NCBI GenBank assembly: GCA_049414645.1
Contig: JBMSAV010000113.1
Location: 1 to 28,529 of the forward strand
Direction: 5' to 3'
Length of the DNA stretch: 28,529 bases
Source of the DNA: Candidatus Aenigmatarchaeota archaeon
Lineage (GTDB): Archaea > Aenigmatarchaeota > Aenigmatarchaeia > CG10238-14 > SpSt-28
Shown here: one piece after another, positions 25,301-28,529 of the stretch
Layout of the letters: the number at the start of each line of letters is the position of its first letter
Numbering within the stretch: the stretch's first letter is position 1
Notes under the pieces: generated by a model
The model's database searches: none
Seen by the model: the letters and a program-made list of their open reading frames with translations, nothing else
What the model was told of the DNA's origin: nothing
Position numbers and translations under genes: made by a program

Positions 25301-26676
25301 CAAAAGAGTTAAGCGTTGATTATATAGTAGAAAGGCATTTGATAGATGGAGATATAGCACTATTTAACAGACAACCAAGCTTACATAGAATGAGTATGAT
25401 GGCCCATAAAGTAAAAGTAATGCCATTCTTAACATTTAGATTAAATGTTGCAGTCTGTCCTCCTTATAATGCTGATTTTGATGGAGATGAAATGAATTTA
25501 CATATTCCACAAACAGAAGAAGCTAGAGCAGAATCTGAAATTCTATCTATTGTTGAAAAAAATATAAGAAGCCCAAGATACTCTGCACCTATAATAGGAT
25601 TAATGAGAGATGAAATAACTGGAGTATATTTATTAACAAAAGATGGAAACAAGATTAACAGAAAAGATGCCGTTAAGCTAATAAGAAGCGTTGATATTGA
25701 TGTTGAAATTCCCGATAAAGAAGAATTTACAGGTAAAGAAATCTTCAGTGTATTTTTGCCAAAAGATTTTTCAATAGAATACAGGGGGAAAACCGGTATA
25801 GTAAAAATAGAAAATGGGATTTTAACAAAAGGTGAAATAGAAAAGAATGGAATAAGCGCTGAGGGGGGCGTAATCCTCGATAAAATGGAAAAGTATTATG
25901 GAAAGAACTTTGTGAAAGATTTTATCTATAAAATAGGTTTATTGGGAATTAACTATTTAGATATGAAAGGATTCTCTCTTGGAATATCAGATTTAGATGT
26001 TGACGATAAAGTAAAAGTTGAAATATCGAATGTTATAGAGAAGACTGAGAATGACGTCAATAAACTTATTGAGAAGTTTAATAAAGGGGAATTAATTCCA
26101 ATGATAGGTAGAACTACTGAAGAAACGTTAGAAAATATGATAAAGGAAAGAGTAGCGAGATGTTTGAATGAAAGTATGGAGATATTAGAGAAAGGAATTA
26201 AAGAATCATCAGCATTAGATATGGTAAGATGTGGGGCAAGAGGAAGTCTTATTAATTTGCTGCAAATAGTTGGATTAATTGGACAAGAAATGATAATGGG
26301 TGAAAGGATAGAGAGAGGGTATTATAAAAGAACATTCCCCCACTTTAAACCAAATGACAAAAGTCTTGCTTCTAAAGGGTTTGTTTCGCATTCATTTAAA
26401 GATGGCTTAAATGTTTTTGAATTCTATTTTGATAACATGAATTCTAGAGAGAGCCTAATGGATAAGAGTTTAAAAACAAGACACTCAGGTTACATGGAGA
26501 GAAGACTTATAGGAGCTCTACAAGATTTAAAAGTTGCATATGATGGTACAGTAAGAGATGCTGCCAATAGAATAATTCAATTTGTTCCATGTGAAGATGG
26601 TTTAGATCCATCTAAAATTACAAAAGAAGGAATAAATGTAAAAGAAATAGCAAGGAGGTTATTAAATGCTTCCTAA
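22390..26676 (+). CDS. fused RNA polymerase subunits B' (Rpo2C, aa 1 to about 601) and A' (Rpo1N, about aa 602-1428)
   Basis: B' motifs [28 protein letters not shown] and FKLMLDEL run without a stop into A' motifs [36 protein letters not shown] and SGYMERRL. Confidence 0.85.
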   Translation: MKASVFLDGEFIGKVENPKEFVDNIRKMRREGKIPYYVNVAYHEHLNEVRILTSAGRVVRPLIVVENGVPKLTKEILEKVKKGELTFSDLVKNGIIEYLDAEEEENAYIAIKPEEVTKEHTHLEIDPAVVLGFSAQFVPYPEFNRGDRVNYGAKMGDQSIGIFATNFLNRVDSKSSILVYPQRPLVQTYIHKILDSTENYPNGINVVIAVATYEGYNIEDAIVINKSSVERGMFWSYMYRTYETEEKRYLGGQEDVIGIPQPGIRGYAGEDEYKHLPEDGIVNPETEVKSDEVLIGKTSPLRFLGKADKFLAGMENLRETSVRVRHGDKGIVDRVYITQTTDGTKLVKVVLRDLKKPEIGDKFASRHGQKGVVGLLVPHEDMPFTESGIVPDIIFNPHGLPSRMTVGQLLEILAGKVAAIYGRYIDAPAFNPTNEKELREALKSLGFEESGKEIMYDGKTGRKFEAKIFIGCSFYMKLDHLVSNKLQSRARGPVTLLTRQPTEGRSKEGGLRLGEMEKDCLLAHGAVLTLKERFDSDKVILPVCKKCGMIVVHDKIKNVYLCPICRDDAEIVNVEMSHAFKLMLDELKSLIIYPKLVINDEGKISKIEFSILDPETIRKMSFAKISKIDIYDEEGYPIEGGVMDPRLGTIEPGIRCRVCGANIGECPGHFGSLELVKPVIHPHYVKFIHFLLKVSCRKCGKILIKDEDRKKEKMPWKEIERLSLKKCPFCKTEQKEIKLIKPYTFVEGNKVLNPADVRERLEKISNEELKLLGLKIRPEWLVLTVLPIPPVTIRPSITLETGERSEDDLTHKLVEIVRINDRFRENLELGAPEFLLNDLWELLQYHVATYFDNELTGIPPARHRSGRVLKTLTQRLKTKEGRFRGNLLGKRVNYCARTVISPDPKIEINEVGVPEVIAKDLTIPVRVNEKNIEELRRFVLNGPNVWPGANYVIRPDGRKKRILDSNKEEIAKELSVDYIVERHLIDGDIALFNRQPSLHRMSMMAHKVKVMPFLTFRLNVAVCPPYNADFDGDEMNLHIPQTEEARAESEILSIVEKNIRSPRYSAPIIGLMRDEITGVYLLTKDGNKINRKDAVKLIRSVDIDVEIPDKEEFTGKEIFSVFLPKDFSIEYRGKTGIVKIENGILTKGEIEKNGISAEGGVILDKMEKYYGKNFVKDFIYKIGLLGINYLDMKGFSLGISDLDVDDKVKVEISNVIEKTENDVNKLIEKFNKGELIPMIGRTTEETLENMIKERVARCLNESMEILEKGIKESSALDMVRCGARGSLINLLQIVGLIGQEMIMGERIERGYYKRTFPHFKPNDKSLASKGFVSHSFKDGLNVFEFYFDNMNSRESLMDKSLKTRHSGYMERRLIGALQDLKVAYDGTVRDAANRIIQFVPCEDGLDPSKITKEGINVKEIARRLLNAS

Positions 26677-27799
26677 AAAAATAATTGAAGAAATAGAAAA
26701 CGTCTCAAAAGAATTTAGGCTAAAAGAAGATAAAAAAGAAAAATTGATTGAAGAAGTAAGAAGGATTTACTTAAATAGTAGATTTGAACCGGGAGAAGCT
26801 ATAGGAATTCTTGCTGCTCAAAGTATTTCGGAACCTGCAACTCAACTTACAATGAGAACGTATCATCTAGCTGGAGCTGCTGGTATTAAAGTAACTTTTG
26901 GTCTACCTAGATTGGTTGAAATATTTGACGCAAAAAGAAATATAGAAACGCCGATGATGACAATATACCTGAAAAAAGAATACAATACTAAAGAAAATGC
27001 AGAAAGGCTCGCGTATAAAATAGTAGAGAGGCGTGTTTTAGATTTATCTAAATATATTTCTATAGACATAGGAGAAAAATGCATTAATATAGAACTTGAA
27101 GACAAGAGAAAAGTTGAAAAGGTAGTGAAATGCATTAAGGCATCCTTGTCAAAAAACTTTGAAGTTAAAGTAAAGGAAGATTATATTAGCATTTATCCTA
27201 AAAGTGAAAATATTCAATTTTCAGACCTACAAAAATTAAAAGAAGAAGTTGGTAATTTAGTCGTAGAAGGAATTGATGGTATAACAGCAGCAATAATAAG
27301 AAAAGAAGATGATAATTGGATTGTACAAACGGTTGGCTCTAATCTAAAGGAGATCTTAAAGTTTGATGAAGTTGATGAACATAAAACGGTTTCTAATGAT
27401 ATTTATGAAATTTATGAAATCTTTGGAATCGAAGCCGCAAGAAATGTTATAATAAAAGAAGCTTATAAAACGATGCAAGAGCAAGGATTGAATGTTGATA
27501 TAAGATACTTACTATTATTAGCAGATGTTATGACATGGAGTGGTGAGATAAGTTCTATAGGAAGATATGGTGTTGCGGGTGCAAAAGCATCTGTTCTTGC
27601 AAGAGCGGCCTTCGAAGAAACAATAAAACATTTAATTAGAGCATCCATTAGAAATGAAGAAGACGAATTTAAAGGTTTGTTCGAAAATGTAATGGTTGGT
27701 CAGCCAGCTCCTGTAGGTACTGGGATGTTCGAATTAATATTTAAGGGTGAGGAATATGAATATAGAGGAAAAAATAAAGGAAGCGATGAAAGAGAATAA
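26666..27799 (+). CDS. rpoA2: RNA polymerase subunit A'' (Rpo1C)
   Basis: [50 protein letters not shown] and [10 protein letters not shown] motifs. Confidence 0.97.
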   Translation: MLPKKIIEEIENVSKEFRLKEDKKEKLIEEVRRIYLNSRFEPGEAIGILAAQSISEPATQLTMRTYHLAGAAGIKVTFGLPRLVEIFDAKRNIETPMMTIYLKKEYNTKENAERLAYKIVERRVLDLSKYISIDIGEKCINIELEDKRKVEKVVKCIKASLSKNFEVKVKEDYISIYPKSENIQFSDLQKLKEEVGNLVVEGIDGITAAIIRKEDDNWIVQTVGSNLKEILKFDEVDEHKTVSNDIYEIYEIFGIEAARNVIIKEAYKTMQEQGLNVDIRYLLLLADVMTWSGEISSIGRYGVAGAKASVLARAAFEETIKHLIRASIRNEEDEFKGLFENVMVGQPAPVGTGMFELIFKGEEYEYRGKNKGSDERE

Positions 27800-28010
27800 A
27801 GTTATAATTGGATATAGAGAATGTTTAAAATACATAAGAAATAATAATCCCGAAGTCGTAATAATAGCTGAAAACGCGCCAGAAAAAATTAAAAAAATTA
27901 TATTTAATAGTAACGTTAAAGTTGAAATTTTTAAAGGTAGCAGTAAAGATTTAGGAACAATTTGTGGAAGACCTCATCCAATAACAACAGTAACAATAAA
28001 AGGAAGTTAA
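27756..28010 (+). CDS. rpl30e: 50S ribosomal protein eL30
   Basis: [11 protein letters not shown] and [10 protein letters not shown]; SD GGTGAGG precedes ATG 27756; conserved position. Confidence 0.9.
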   Translation: MNIEEKIKEAMKENKVIIGYRECLKYIRNNNPEVVIIAENAPEKIKKIIFNSNVKVEIFKGSSKDLGTICGRPHPITTVTIKGS

Positions 28011-28011
28011 T

Positions 28012-28425
28012 ATGACAATTGTATTTGATACAGAATCTATAAAAGCAATTAATCTTTTTGAAACAGTAAGTCAATCTTATGTAAAGGATTGTATTATAAT
28101 GGATGATAGAATATATTTTTTGGTAGAAGAGGGTAATTTGAAAAAAATTAGAGAGAACGGTCATATCATAAGGAATTTAGAAAAAATGTTTAACAAAAAA
28201 ATTTTGATTTTTGAATACAATAAAGATATTTCAACTTTCATAAAACATTCCATAAAAGGAATAAAGGAAATAAAAATAAGGAATGAGAAAGAAAGAACTA
28301 TTGTTGAAATTTCTGTAGATAGTTACTTCAAAAGTATAGTTATTGGAAAAGACGGAAAAAATATAAAAGCTTTGAGACAAATTTTGAAAAGAAACTATAA
28401 CATAGATAATTTGGTGATAAAGTAA
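28012..28425 (+). CDS. nusA: archaeal NusA (KH domains)
   Basis: VKDCII...IYFLVEEG and [11 protein letters not shown]; lies between rpl30e and rps12. Confidence 0.92.
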   Translation: MTIVFDTESIKAINLFETVSQSYVKDCIIMDDRIYFLVEEGNLKKIRENGHIIRNLEKMFNKKILIFEYNKDISTFIKHSIKGIKEIKIRNEKERTIVEISVDSYFKSIVIGKDGKNIKALRQILKRNYNIDNLVIK

Positions 28426-28529
28426 TGCCTGGAGAATTTGCTGGTCGAAAATTAAAGCAAAGAAGAAAAAAGTTCAGATGGTCTAGCGAAGCATATAAGA
28501 GAAGAGTTTTGCAGCTTTGGAAAAAAGAT
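28425..28529 (+). CDS. rps12: 30S ribosomal protein uS12, 5' part (runs off the window)
   Basis: [34 protein letters not shown]-coupled to nusA. Confidence 0.92.
   Translation, partial: MPGEFAGRKLKQRRKKFRWSSEAYKRRVLQLWKKD

Noticed and set aside
22390-26676. Intein as the cause of the long RNAP ORF
   Set aside because: No C/S...HN splice motifs or LAGLIDADG blocks were seen; the length is fully explained by B' plus A'.
1-28529. CRISPR array, integrated virus or plasmid, tRNA-end att duplication
   Set aside because: No regularly spaced repeats, integrase or duplicated tRNA 3' fragments were seen by eye.

Overview
AT-rich archaeal chromosomal window with no transposase, integrase, CRISPR array or rRNA visible. 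Small, streamlined orthologues suggest a DPANN-type archaeon, possibly Aenigmarchaeota-like and thermophilic (inference only). It is mostly core genes: tmk, DUF763, YbaK, ogg, FKBP PPIase, ftsZ-secE-spt5-rpl11, rpl1-rpl10-rpl12-map, cutA, nitroreductase, lig, rps19e-PDCD5-rpl37ae-rpoP-pfdB-UPF0147-sepF-rpoD, and rpoH-rpoB''-rpoB'/A'-rpoA''-rpl30e-nusA-rps12. There are five tRNAs: Gly-CCC, Leu-CAA, Tyr-GTA, Leu-TAA and Thr-GGT. Main observations: (1) Both tRNA-Leu 37/38 introns carry an anticodon-complementary strand followed by a D'-like and a C'-like box. In both, the D+5 rule lands on wobble base 34, so they look like minimal self-guiding box C/D elements. (2) RpoB' and RpoA' form one 1428-aa ORF, but the junction is one A away from a normal split arrangement. 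(3) tRNA-Leu(TAA) has a second intron at 30/31. (4) There are two decayed accessory genes (GT4-like glycosyltransferase, SAM methyltransferase), one in an insertion splitting rpl11 from rpl1. (5) Several small ORFs are missing from the ORF track, and FtsZ, uL11, uL10 and RpoD are divergent. All calls come from reading the sequence by eye; no searches or folding programs were run.
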